Source: Lytechinus pictus (taxonomy: Eukaryota). From it: a stretch of DNA of 64,000 nucleotides. A program made the position numbers and the translations under genes. The stretch covers positions 27,838,001-27,902,000 of the forward strand of contig NC_087258.1 in NCBI RefSeq assembly GCF_037042905.1, given 5' to 3'. Below are positions 54,101 to 64,000 of the stretch, piece by piece. The first letter of the stretch is position 1; every line of letters starts with the position of its first letter. The notes below the pieces were generated by a model. It was not told the origin of the DNA, ran no database searches, and saw nothing but the letters and a program-made list of their open reading frames with translations.

Positions 54101-57100
54101 GTTCAGGTCATTGAAGCGAAGCTCGTTTAAGAGTGAATTTGCCTCCTAATACCCCATTTGGGGATAAAGTTCTCTGACTTGGATGAATATTCGGTTAAAT
54201 TAAAATAAGGAAGGGCATAAGCGATTCATCTTTTTAGGTTTTTTTTTCTTGTTTATTTTGTTTTCTGTATGCCATCATATGCAATGAAGCTATTTTTATA
54301 GAAAATTGTGATTGCAAAAATATTGCATTAAAGAAAAGAATGTTTCTTCTTAAGGTCATCACATATCATTGGTCTTTCACATTATCCTGCATGTATACAA
54401 TTTATCTGGTGCATGAAAACAGCTACACGTATGACAATATCAAATTGAGTTTAAATCAAGGAATATTATTTATAGAACATCTCTTAAACATCATTCACTC
54501 ATATATGCTCCTCAAAACTTAAACATGAATTATAAAAACATTTGAGGGAGTAAAGACAATTAATCCTACAATAATTTACAACCGAGATATTTCATGTTAC
54601 ATTAATTTTTCAAGGTATTGATTTTTTTTAATCTAAACACTTCCTTATATTGTGTACAGTTTTACCTCTCTCTTTCAATTCTTTGCAATTAAAATTTCAA
54701 AGTGACTATAACTGGAAATGTTAATTTAATAACAGCTATGTCATTGCTACAAGGCTACTATCTTGTTTGTTACATTGACTTTCGTTATGCATGCTCATAC
54801 CTCTACATAAAAACAAGTAATGACCCTTCTTCGTCATACTGTCTCCCCCATTTTATTCCAGGCCATGTTGTTTCAAAATTCAGACCCACATCACCAGGTT
54901 CTTCCCTGACTTCACAACAAAGTTGGTGATTGCAAAATTTTCTAACGAATTCCACCTTAAAACATTATATAAATCCCAAATTAGAAGAAAACCCTATTTT
55001 AGTTGCAACGAGGGGTGTTACAACTGAGGTCTGGTGTTGCATTATGGGTAGTCTTTGGAAGACAGCATCTGAGAGGAGAGACTAACTTCAAGTAACTCAT
55101 TGCATCTTGTTTGTTTGTCATGTTTGAAGACCAAGAAACCATCAGTCCCAGACGAGAGATCAATAACTTAGCATGTTTTCTTAGCTTCCTCCCCAATAAT
55201 CAATATCCTAATTCTATTTCTCCCTTTGTGCATCCCTTGCCCATGGTATGCGGGCATTCCATGGGTACATGGACCCTCTTTGTTACTCCCTTTTGTCAGC
55301 AGGGACATGAACAATGGCGATTACATCCACCTTTGAACAGTCACAGGGGGCTTTCATTTAGCCCTCTCAAAAATTTTGTCGTAAACAACTTTTCCTCCTT
55401 TTAAAATGCCGCTCACCTCACCTTCTCTCCTGGTAGGTGTCCTAAACATGTTCAGTTTATGAGGAAAGTATCTCCTTGTTTGGGTTGTCCCATATTTTAT
55501 AATTGAAGTACAAGTCACATTCATAAAGCATATACCAATTAAACAACATAACTTTCATGATATTGGGTTTAGTAGTTGTAATTACAACATGCTTGGTAAA
55601 TGAGTCAGTACTATAAATAACTTCTTCAGTTAATAACTTGTGAAATTTAAATAGGCCAATCAATGATTTATACTCTAAGCCCTTCAGCATGCATGCAGTG
55701 ACAAAAATAATACAGAAATACTGTTAAAATCTGTTTTAAATGATTCATTTTGTACACTGTATATAATGAATTCACATATTTGTTTAGAATATTTTATCCA
55801 AGATATGTTTCAATCTGTATTTAACGAGTTCAACTTTTAGACATGAACCGATGGATATCAAACAATAGCCAATAATGGGTTCAACACAGGCTTAACAATA
55901 TGGGTAATAATGGCTGTACGATAGTTTAATCATTTTGTACAGTTGCCTCTTATTGATTTACAAAGTATTTTCTATACTCCATGACACTCATACTGATAAA
56001 AAGATATCATATTCCTAATTTTTTTATCCAATTACCAAAGGTGGAGATTTAACCTCTCTAAAGTAAATTTACACCAGAGCTAACAATTTGTTTAAAAAGG
56101 GAAGATCAAATCATATTGGAGCAAGAAGCCAGTCATTTGGGAAGCTGGTATTTTGTAGACAGGGATGAGTATGGGTATGCAAACACAGTATGGTACTAGT
56201 GAACAGTTCAGACAAAATGAGATTTAGTATGCATTTTTACAAAACCAATATGGTGGTGTGAATGGTCTAAACTAAGTATGAAAGTCCAATCACAGTCAAC
56301 TACAGATATTATCGTAATTATGATATTGTTCAAAGAGATTTCTTCAAGGAACCCGTTTCTGAGAGATCAATAGAAGAATTACTGTCTAATCGCTGGGGGG
56401 CAATATGTGTCATTCATCCAAAAACATATTTTAATAACAGCAGAAAATGGGATCCTCAATTCTAAAGTTATTTTACTATCACAGCTTTTCAATTAATCTA
56501 CCTTAATCAATCTTCTGGATAAAATTGTGAAATTCACACAGAAGGAAAAATATAATGGCCTATCAAATAGTGATTTTCGTGAGTCTAAACTGGGATAAAG
56601 CATATTTATTGAGCAATTGAATAGAGTGTGTACATAGTGGGTCTAGTTCAAGGGGACTTAGACTGGGGACTGCAGGGACAAGATTATAAACAGACATCTG
56701 AAATATGGGAGGAAAGAAAAAAAGTACTTTAAGGGATGGGTAGCAGTGGGAAAAAGATGAAAAGATATGGAGAAAATTATTAAAGATAGAACAGATGATT
56801 GAACATAGGGGGTGAGTAGCAAGATATACTACAGATGACAAATAAAATCCAATAATTTCACTTTTTAAAATGAAATATCAAATATGAAAAAATGAATAAA
56901 ATAAAGAGGAAATATTAATACTTTGGTCCACATCACAAAAAAAAAATTAATATAATGACTACCTTTTAATACTGATGATGTAAGAAATACAATAATGTAG
57001 GATCAATTCATCTAAACTATTGAAATTGGCAGGAAAAATGTCAAATGGAAAATGTTTATGAATTATTAGAACATTAATTAATAAATTAGAAATATCAAAT

Positions 57101-59311
57101 CACACAAAACTGGGAAAGAAGAATAACTTTTTATTTAATTTTTAAACAATAAAAACATAAGAGTGTCTCCACAAAGAAGCAGATGCTCATCAAAAATGAC
57201 AAAGAATACAATTGCTCAGACAGGAGCAGATATTAAATAATAGTCATCTGTCGCCACTAGCAAGGAGGAGATCTAAATAAAGACAACATTAAGACACAAT
57301 CATGGTTGAACTTGGGATTCACTAGGGCAGGGAAGAGAAGACTCATCCTATGTTTACAATCAAAACACAAACACCAAATACGCAAGCAATTCTATCACCT
57401 ACAACAGTGACCATCGTTTGTTTCCTCTCCTCGCTCTCTCTATCCATCCCTCCATCGCTTGAATGCCACTATTTCAGGTCTGTTTCTTTTTTATTGTTCC
57501 ATATCTTTTTGTCATGCACAAATGGTGCAAAAAATTGCCTAAAAAGGTTTTTCCATTGTGTATTCTTACTCGTGTGTGAAACAAGAACATAAAGTTTTGC
57601 ACCCCGCTGCAAAGGGGTGTGCTCTCGTTCGATTGCCCTTTTTTTCTTCAAATGTTAGAGCGGGTATTACTCCCAAAATGCACCTGCTTATGTGAATGTA
57701 TCAACCATTGGTTTACATAGCTACCCCCTCTACACATCTCTAGATTCCCTGTTGCTATCGCTCCTCTCTCCGGCTTTCACGTTCAAAATCATTTGTGATG
57801 TCACAATCAGTATTAGGAATGTAAATTCAATAGTGGATAGGACGTTGGGGGTTTTGCTGAATACATAATTGACCCTCTCTTGTTTTTATAAGCACCCCAA
57901 CGAACAAAATGCAGAAGACATTTGCCGACACCGGAGTGGCAAGAGGAAGCGCAAGCATATGGTTTTCGATCAACAGCTTAACGCCAACATCAGGCCCTAT
58001 CCATCATAATGAAAGGACCCCTATGTGTTCCTACATAATCTGAATGGTGAATTACAAACCAATATTAAAAAAATAGATATCATCAAATCACATTGCGCTG
58101 GCAGGGATACTCTTTCCTCTAATTTTAATAATTTTGTTGTCTTTTTTACAATATCAACATAAATAATTAAGCAATGATGGATGGAAGAAAGGAATGATGC
58201 TAACATGGATTTAATTCATCTCTCTAGAAGGAAACAGTATGATAAAGCATTGGTTTACTATATATGACCTATGCTGCAAGCCGATCTTTCCAAAGAATTA
58301 AAGCTTTGCATGCATTTTTCTTTAAAAATCTTCAATCTTCTTATCTTCTGGTTTTCAAAAGCTCCAAATTATAAACATATTTCTTTTTGATTACCTCTTC
58401 TCAATCATTTCCATTGATAACTTTGATATTATAAAAAAGAAAGAATATTTATAATAGTTGGTTTAATACAATAGCAACAATCTACATAATTTCAACCAAA
58501 CCTTGCACTAGCCTGCTGGTCAATTAAAAAATGAAATGTATTTGTCAGTATCTATTCCTTGCTTAAAATAATCAAATTCAACAAACTGCTTGCTGCATTC
58601 ATATATTTTTAGAAATTTCTGTAAATATAAAATTCTCAACTCACACGTTTTTGCATCTTCATACATCAGAACTCATTCTAACATGTACACCAGAGTAGAA
58701 AGCATCGATTTCAAAGCATCATCATACATTTATAGTTCTAACGTTGGTTTCCAAGGCCCTCTACAATAAGTAAGTCAATGCTTTGTTGGTCGCTAACGTG
58801 CGATTCGTGAATCGACGCAACGCAATTAGAGAGTCGACTGTATGAAAATGGACATCGCTATATTACTTCTCCTCAAATGCTTGCTATCCAAAGTGAGTGA
58901 AATCAGCAGGAGGGGTTTGGGAAAAATCACCAAGGTTAAAATCATAGAGGACAAATGAATTTTGATTTGCGACACCATCAAATGACAGGTAATTGCTGGG
59001 GAATGATGTGTGTAGCAAGGCATCTAATGACATCAGACAAGGCACATGTGCTCCCATTAATTTAGATAGTTTCCTGTCAATTTTATTTACACTAGGCTGG
59101 CCTTAAAGACAGAAATTCATAATTTGCCATGAAAATTTCTGGAAATGAAGCAGTGTTTGATGAACGTCTTTGTGTGAAATTATCAGAGCTCATAATCAAT
59201 GATTGGGATTAACTGAGGTGGGAATAAAATTTAATGAATCTTTGCTATTTAATGGCATCGATGGTAGTAAACGGTCACCAAAAATCAATAAATTATTCTT
59301 CTGATTTGAGC

Positions 59312-59325
59312 ATTTCCATGGTAAC
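59312..59325. promoter_or_regulatory. Near-consensus RFX X-box ~0.5 kb into the intron
   Basis: ATTTCCATGGTAAC, 13/14 match to GTTTCCATGGTAAC. Confidence 0.3.
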
Positions 59326-59849
59326 AGTGAAGTTCAGCTCGCATGCCCAGTCTCTGTCATCATAGGCAAGCATGCATCTCTCTATTGTGACAAGATTTCC
59401 ATGCTTTACTATAAGCTATCAGAAACATAGAACATTGATTCTGGATCAATTATCAAAACCAAATGCGGGAGGCTCACCCAAACCATCTATCTCTGATAAT
59501 GATTAATGTTAACCTCAAAGGGACAATGATAAATGTATACTAGATTAAAAACCAATAAAGATACATCCAAACATAACTCTGTCTTATATTCATAAAATCC
59601 TAACTAAGCTAGTGGTTCCTGTTCCATTGATCACAGTGCACAGGAGAGTGGGTTGATAACCGGAGGTGCAGGAACATTCTAATCAGACATAATAATAATT
59701 CAGTTCTTGTATATAGTGCATACCATGTACCGTTTTACATCTCTTAGATGTTCAACCCACCGAATCTTTGACTGATGAAAACATTCTGGTACCACTGGTA
59801 ATAACTGGGCATTTATTATTAATGAGGGTTCAAAAAGGAAGGTACTGAC

Positions 59850-60516
59850 CTTGACAACTGATATCATCTGCACCTGCTTCATACCCTGGTGAGCATCCGC
59901 ATCCTCCTTGGTTGAGTGACCATATCCCTTCATTTTGACATATATACTGAGGCGTGCTACCCGGTGGTACCGGCTGAGCGTTCCTTATACACGTCCCTGG
60001 TACCGTAACAAGAGTGTGCGTCTCCGGACCCTCGTTGGTCTGATTAAAAATCGCAAAGTCCAAAATCACCTGAGGACAAACTTGGTAGAAGACACGCACC
60101 TGCAGCAGGGCCATGCACGCCCCTTGGTCCCGGAATGCTATGTAGAAACCATTGGCCGTCACGGGCCCGTAGTCCTCAATCCGCACGTTGACGACCTCCT
60201 CGTCCTGCGTGTCGGGGTCAGAGAACCGGCCCTCGGCCGCTATCCTCGCTACCTTCTGGTAAGGTGGAGAGCTCCAGTCTGGCGACGTTTCTGTTGCGTC
60301 GTCGGTGTCCGACTGATAAAAATACACATCAAATGTTTCTTTACATAGTTGGGCATCTACGATGCCAGTACATGAGTACATTGTGAATTTAACTTCTACA
60401 TGAATCCTATTTGCTCCTCTTCTTTCAATATAAGGCATTCGAAGCCAGTTGTCTCTAGGATCACTTACATGACAAGTCTGGTAAATCCTTTCATAGCTTG
60501 CTCCAGACTCCGTCCA
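59850..60516 (-). CDS. Eph: Internal coding exon of an Eph receptor tyrosine kinase (ephrin ligand-binding domain + sushi/Cys-rich region); equivalent of vertebrate Eph exon 3
   Basis: The translation WTESGASYERIYQTC...DNWLR...RRGANRIHVEVKFT..C...CKETF...IAAE...GFYIAFRDQGACMALLQVRVFYQVCP...VPGTC...GGCGCSPGYE...CQ carries the diagnostic Eph LBD and Cys-rich motifs. Acceptor ttttcttttattacag|TGG at 60517/60516 (phase 0). Donor CAAG|gtcagt at 59850/59849 (phase 1). Length 667 nt = 222 codons + 1. Confidence 0.96.
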
Positions 60517-61169
60517 CTGTAATAAAAGAAAACAAATGAATAGTTTATTAGTTTGAATGCACACTATTTAAGGTCGAACAAGCTCAATTGCAAATTTTAT
60601 CAATTAAAAAAGCAACGATACAGAGTCAGAAAAGAATAAAAAGAAATAAGTAAACCAAAGTAAACCAAAGTAATAACAATAATAAATGCCAAACATATAT
60701 ATATACCAAAAACATCAAACACATTTTGGTTGAATTAGGAAAGTCTGTAACATATTAGATCATTATTTTTTTTAATCTGATTCCCACATTTTCAATACAT
60801 CAAATTTGTTTATAATGAGTGGATAACATATAGAAAAATAAGTAAACTACATGAAAAACAAAACAAATATCTTTATTTGATGTTTTAAAATCCACATCAG
60901 AGGAAAGTGTGAAGTAACTTTTTGATGATTAGATGGTAACATTGCTGGAAGAATCTTCATAGACACGATCAATGCCAATTAAATATTCAAAGGGCACATT
61001 ATTCTAATTGCTATTTCACAAGTTGGGAAAATAATCAGTTCTCCACATGGTCTTTTTTCGAGCAGCCAGTCGCATATTAAAGGTCCACCATGATCATTTT
61101 GGCCCAATTTATAGAAATTTGTTTTACATTAGTAAAGAAAAATTCCAGCATCACCACCATTATTATCAT

Positions 61170-61538
61170 NNNNNNNNNNNNNNNNNNNNNNNNNNNNNNN
61201 NNNNNNNNNNNNNNNNNNNNNNNNNNNNNNNNNNNNNNNNNNNNNNNNNNNNNNNNNNNNNNNNNNNNNNNNNNNNNNNNNNNNNNNNNNNNNNNNNNNN
61301 NNNNNNNNNNNNNNNNNNNNNNNNNNNNNNNNNNNNNNNNNNNNNNNNNNNNNNNNNNNNNNNNNNNNNNNNNNNNNNNNNNNNNNNNNNNNNNNNNNNN
61401 NNNNNNNNNNNNNNNNNNNNNNNNNNNNNNNNNNNNNNNNNNNNNNNNNNNNNNNNNNNNNNNNNNNNNNNNNNNNNNNNNNNNNNNNNNNNNNNNNNNN
61501 NNNNNNNNNNNNNNNNNNNNNNNNNNNNNNNNNNNNNN
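61170..61538. other. Assembly gap (369 N) within a (CAT)n-type repeat
   Basis: N run flanked by catcaccaccattattatcat and atcatcgtcttcatcaacatcattatcat. Confidence 0.97.
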
Positions 61539-63521
61539 ATCATCGTCTTCATCAACATCATTATCATACAATGTGGTCTTCATCCCAAGACTACAGATAG
61601 CTATGATCAAGGTGACTGTCTGTCATGAGAAACAACTTGATGACTGGAATCATAAATAAATGGTAACAATTCTAAAAAGAACAAGCAACCACCTCATTTA
61701 TCATGGTCTTTTCAAATAATATTATGAGTCACTGCTGAACATGGAGAACGGCATACAGGTACTGTAAATGTATGCATCATATATGATGCAGTAAGAGATA
61801 CGTAACAGTAGCTACGGCCTTTAAACCTTGATTCAAACTGTCTTTGATAGTCTCGTATGGCCACAGACACCAAATCGTAATCAGGACCCACTGACTCATC
61901 ACGATAAAAAAGGTAATTATGTCTCATTAAGTCTACCGGGTTTAATGACATCTGCATATTCCTGTTTGGACTTCATTTGGTATAGCATTAGGTTGCATTT
62001 GAGTGCTCGCTCGCTCTCTTCCTTTCTTCTCGAATCACAGGATTAAAATAATCATTACAATACTACCAGTTTTAATGATGATGGTGTTATAGGCTAACAA
62101 GATCAGCCACAGGAGGTTGAGAGGAAAGATCATTAAAATAAAATGTTTAGTGGGCAAATTCGAGAAGAACTACTGTTACAAAAACCGTTTTGTTCTCAAA
62201 CATTTTATTTTAATCATAATAAACTTGCCACAAGTGATTCTGTAATTTACCAATAAATGTATTAGGCATCCATTGATTTTTTTGTCTTACGGAGATGCAA
62301 TTTTATGATTTCATCTTTTTAAAACACCTTGGATTACATAGTAAGGTCGTGTGATAATGCAACATAAGCTTTTATCGCTGGAAGGACAGGATATTAAATA
62401 CATCAATTTTAAAACAGGAATGAAGCTTTTGGGAGAAAAATCCACTTTTTCATCAGCAATGATCTTCCGAGACAAGATCTTCATTGTATCTGCTGGGATT
62501 ACTGTACAAAGAGCAACCCGCTTTTAAAAAGCCGCATGGAGACAAAAAGACCCTGAAAGCAAGATTGTGATGCTTTGCACGGAAATTTGGATGGCCTTTT
62601 CGGCTCCGGGGCAATGAGAATCTTGAAGCTGAAGGAGATAAGAAAGAAAGTATCAACAATAACAAGTTTATGTTGGATCGTCACGTGAGTCATCGTCGGC
62701 GGCAACGGAGTCCAGTAAGCATAAAGTATCAGCTCGGCTGTCTGCGTTCATATCCCCATTCCATGTATCTCTTATTATATCTAAGTGCTCACCCCATAAC
62801 TTGAGGCTACCCCAGACGGCAGGCAAAATTTATAACCACTTTCCCCCCTCCTCTTTCACCCTCTTGCCACTATGGGTATGCTGAGGGCCTTCCTTCAAAT
62901 GTAATGATACTTGATTAGCATAATATTTGCATGGGATGGAGAATTTAGGGCGACAATCGGCATATTGCGTTTTGCTGGCATTGGCGCCATCTTATATCCT
63001 TGTTCATCTCTTTTTACGCAGGATTTTCTTCTGGTGAAGCTTGCCCTCGAGGCTAAGCGTGATATTAACTCGATAATTGCGCGAGATAGGTTGATTTTGA
63101 CAGCATGCTAGCATTTCGAGTCTAACTTTCCTCTCTTTTGCTTTCTCTCTGTGGATAAGCCATGACACGAGGACTAGATTGGATGGTACGAGGAGCGAAA
63201 ACTTGAGGCACTTTTTACTCAATTTTGGAACAATTTACTGCTCTAATGGTGTTGAGATTGAACACTAATTAGACAGCTGTACTAACCCTCTACATAGAGG
63301 TATGTGGGAATTAACATACTACATTGAAAACATGAGAAAAAAAGATGTTGCTTTAAACGTACAAATTCAAAAACAAAAAAATCATTGTAGCGTTTATATT
63401 ACATAATATACAAACATTAACACTAAAGTTGAACCTACATGTAGCAGTCCTAATATCATGAATACCCAATAATATTCAAACTCGCAACATCATAATTCTT
63501 ATTTGTGACATAATAACTATA

Positions 63522-63694
63522 CACCTGGAGGGCGTTTCATGAAAGGACTTGTCGGACGTTTTATCCGACAAGTCCCATTTTATCGACATTCACCATTCAC
63601 CAGGAACAGTGCCTCTCAGCCAATAAAAATCATGGAAAGATGTCAGATCTGACAACTTGTCGGATGAAAATATTGATGAAACGCTCCCCAGATG
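63522..63694. mobile_element. ~170-bp MITE related to the CCAAT-box family
   Basis: TIRs CACCTGGAGGGCGTTTCAT / ATGAAACGCTCCCCAGATG; internal TTGTCGGA/TCCGACAA inverted motifs; central AGCCAAT. Confidence 0.75.
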
Positions 63695-64000
63695 TGCTTC
63701 ACCAATACATGACAAAATAAAATGTACAGACCACAATGTGAAATATAAAAATGCTTCTCTTGGGGCAAAATCCATATCAAAGTTCATGAGGATAAAAGGA
63801 AACATTCATCCAAAGTTACATTCATACATGTATGATCTTGTACACTCCATTCAAGAGCTTGAATACCTGTAATATAAAATATTATATGCCTTATGTAATA
63901 TGATCTATATTTAATAATGATTGTGTAGTGATAGTCAAAGTAGTCATAGTTGTGTCAAAGTGCAACACGTTATAATTCATTATGCTGGTATATCGACCCA

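Larger units (their letters stand above)
1..59849 (-). other. Eph: Very long Eph intron downstream of the LBD exon (at least 59.8 kb; next exon not found in window)
   Basis: Starts GTCAGT at 59849. I found no minus-strand segment encoding the expected next EGF-like/FN3 exon. The region is repeats and low-complexity DNA. A small exon could have been missed by eye. Confidence 0.7.
60517..64000 (-). other. Eph: 3' part of the Eph intron upstream of the LBD exon
   Basis: Ends in a polypyrimidine tract + CAG at 60517-60535. No LLD...LxW-type preceding exon recognised. Contains an N gap. Confidence 0.7.

Noticed and set aside
2092-57651. Numerous 60-190 aa ORFs rich in L/S/F/P or E/R/K/G (e.g. 3283-3816, 32731-33294, 41057-41428, 47502-47858, 49744-50163)
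   Set aside because: They derive from low-complexity CT/GA tracts or chance; no domain motifs or coherent splice structure for a nested gene.
59935-60348. 137-aa plus-strand ORF
   Set aside because: Antisense shadow of the GC-rich Eph exon; no recognisable domain.
59830-60564. 244-aa ORF treated as a complete gene
   Set aside because: The first 16 residues are intronic polypyrimidine tract and the last 5 are donor read-through; there is no signal peptide. The real unit is the 59850-60516 exon.
61047-61659. Long ORFs containing X runs
   Set aside because: Artefacts of the 369-N assembly gap.
62788-62840. Minus-strand donor GGG|GTGAGC as the end of the preceding Eph exon
   Set aside because: The upstream frames are not Eph-like and there is no acceptor.
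10041-63311. Scattered Su(H)/CSL (GTGGGAA) and AP-1 (TGASTCA) matches
   Set aside because: Counts are within about two-fold of compositional expectation and are not clustered.
63780-63885. Acceptor-like ttttatattacag followed by IQALEWSVQ..., as a possible preceding Eph exon
   Set aside because: Lacks the LLD motif, has no suitable phase-0 donor and runs into a stop; the resemblance (LEW) is too slight.

Overview
AT-rich animal genomic DNA. It is probably an invertebrate deuterostome such as a sea urchin; this is inferred from the divergent Eph sequence and the repeat style and is not proven. The only convincing protein-coding sequence is one 667-nt internal exon (60516..59850, minus strand) of an Eph receptor tyrosine kinase. 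It encodes the ephrin-binding domain plus the sushi/Cys-rich region, has an EphB-like H-I loop, and has the same boundaries and phases as vertebrate Eph exon 3. I found no other Eph exon, so the rest appears intronic: at least 59.8 kb downstream and at least 3.4 kb upstream. The introns carry short non-autonomous DNA transposons with distinct target-site signatures (Harbinger-, Kolobok-, Sola-, AcademH- and CACTA-like, plus a ~140-bp CCAAT-box MITE family). They also contain simple repeats, one assembly gap and several dense transcription-factor motif clusters. No new protein-coding system is visible. The best leads concern RNA processing of Eph: (i) candidate recursive-splicing points (YAG|GT followed by a short cryptic exon and a second donor), strongest at 17387; (ii) an in-frame 156-nt exitron-like segment inside the exon; (iii) an in-frame stop plus AATAAA just past the donor that could give a secreted ectodomain. 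Candidate Meis/TALE, nuclear-receptor and RFX enhancers were also seen. All of these are sequence-level hypotheses that need RNA or comparative data.
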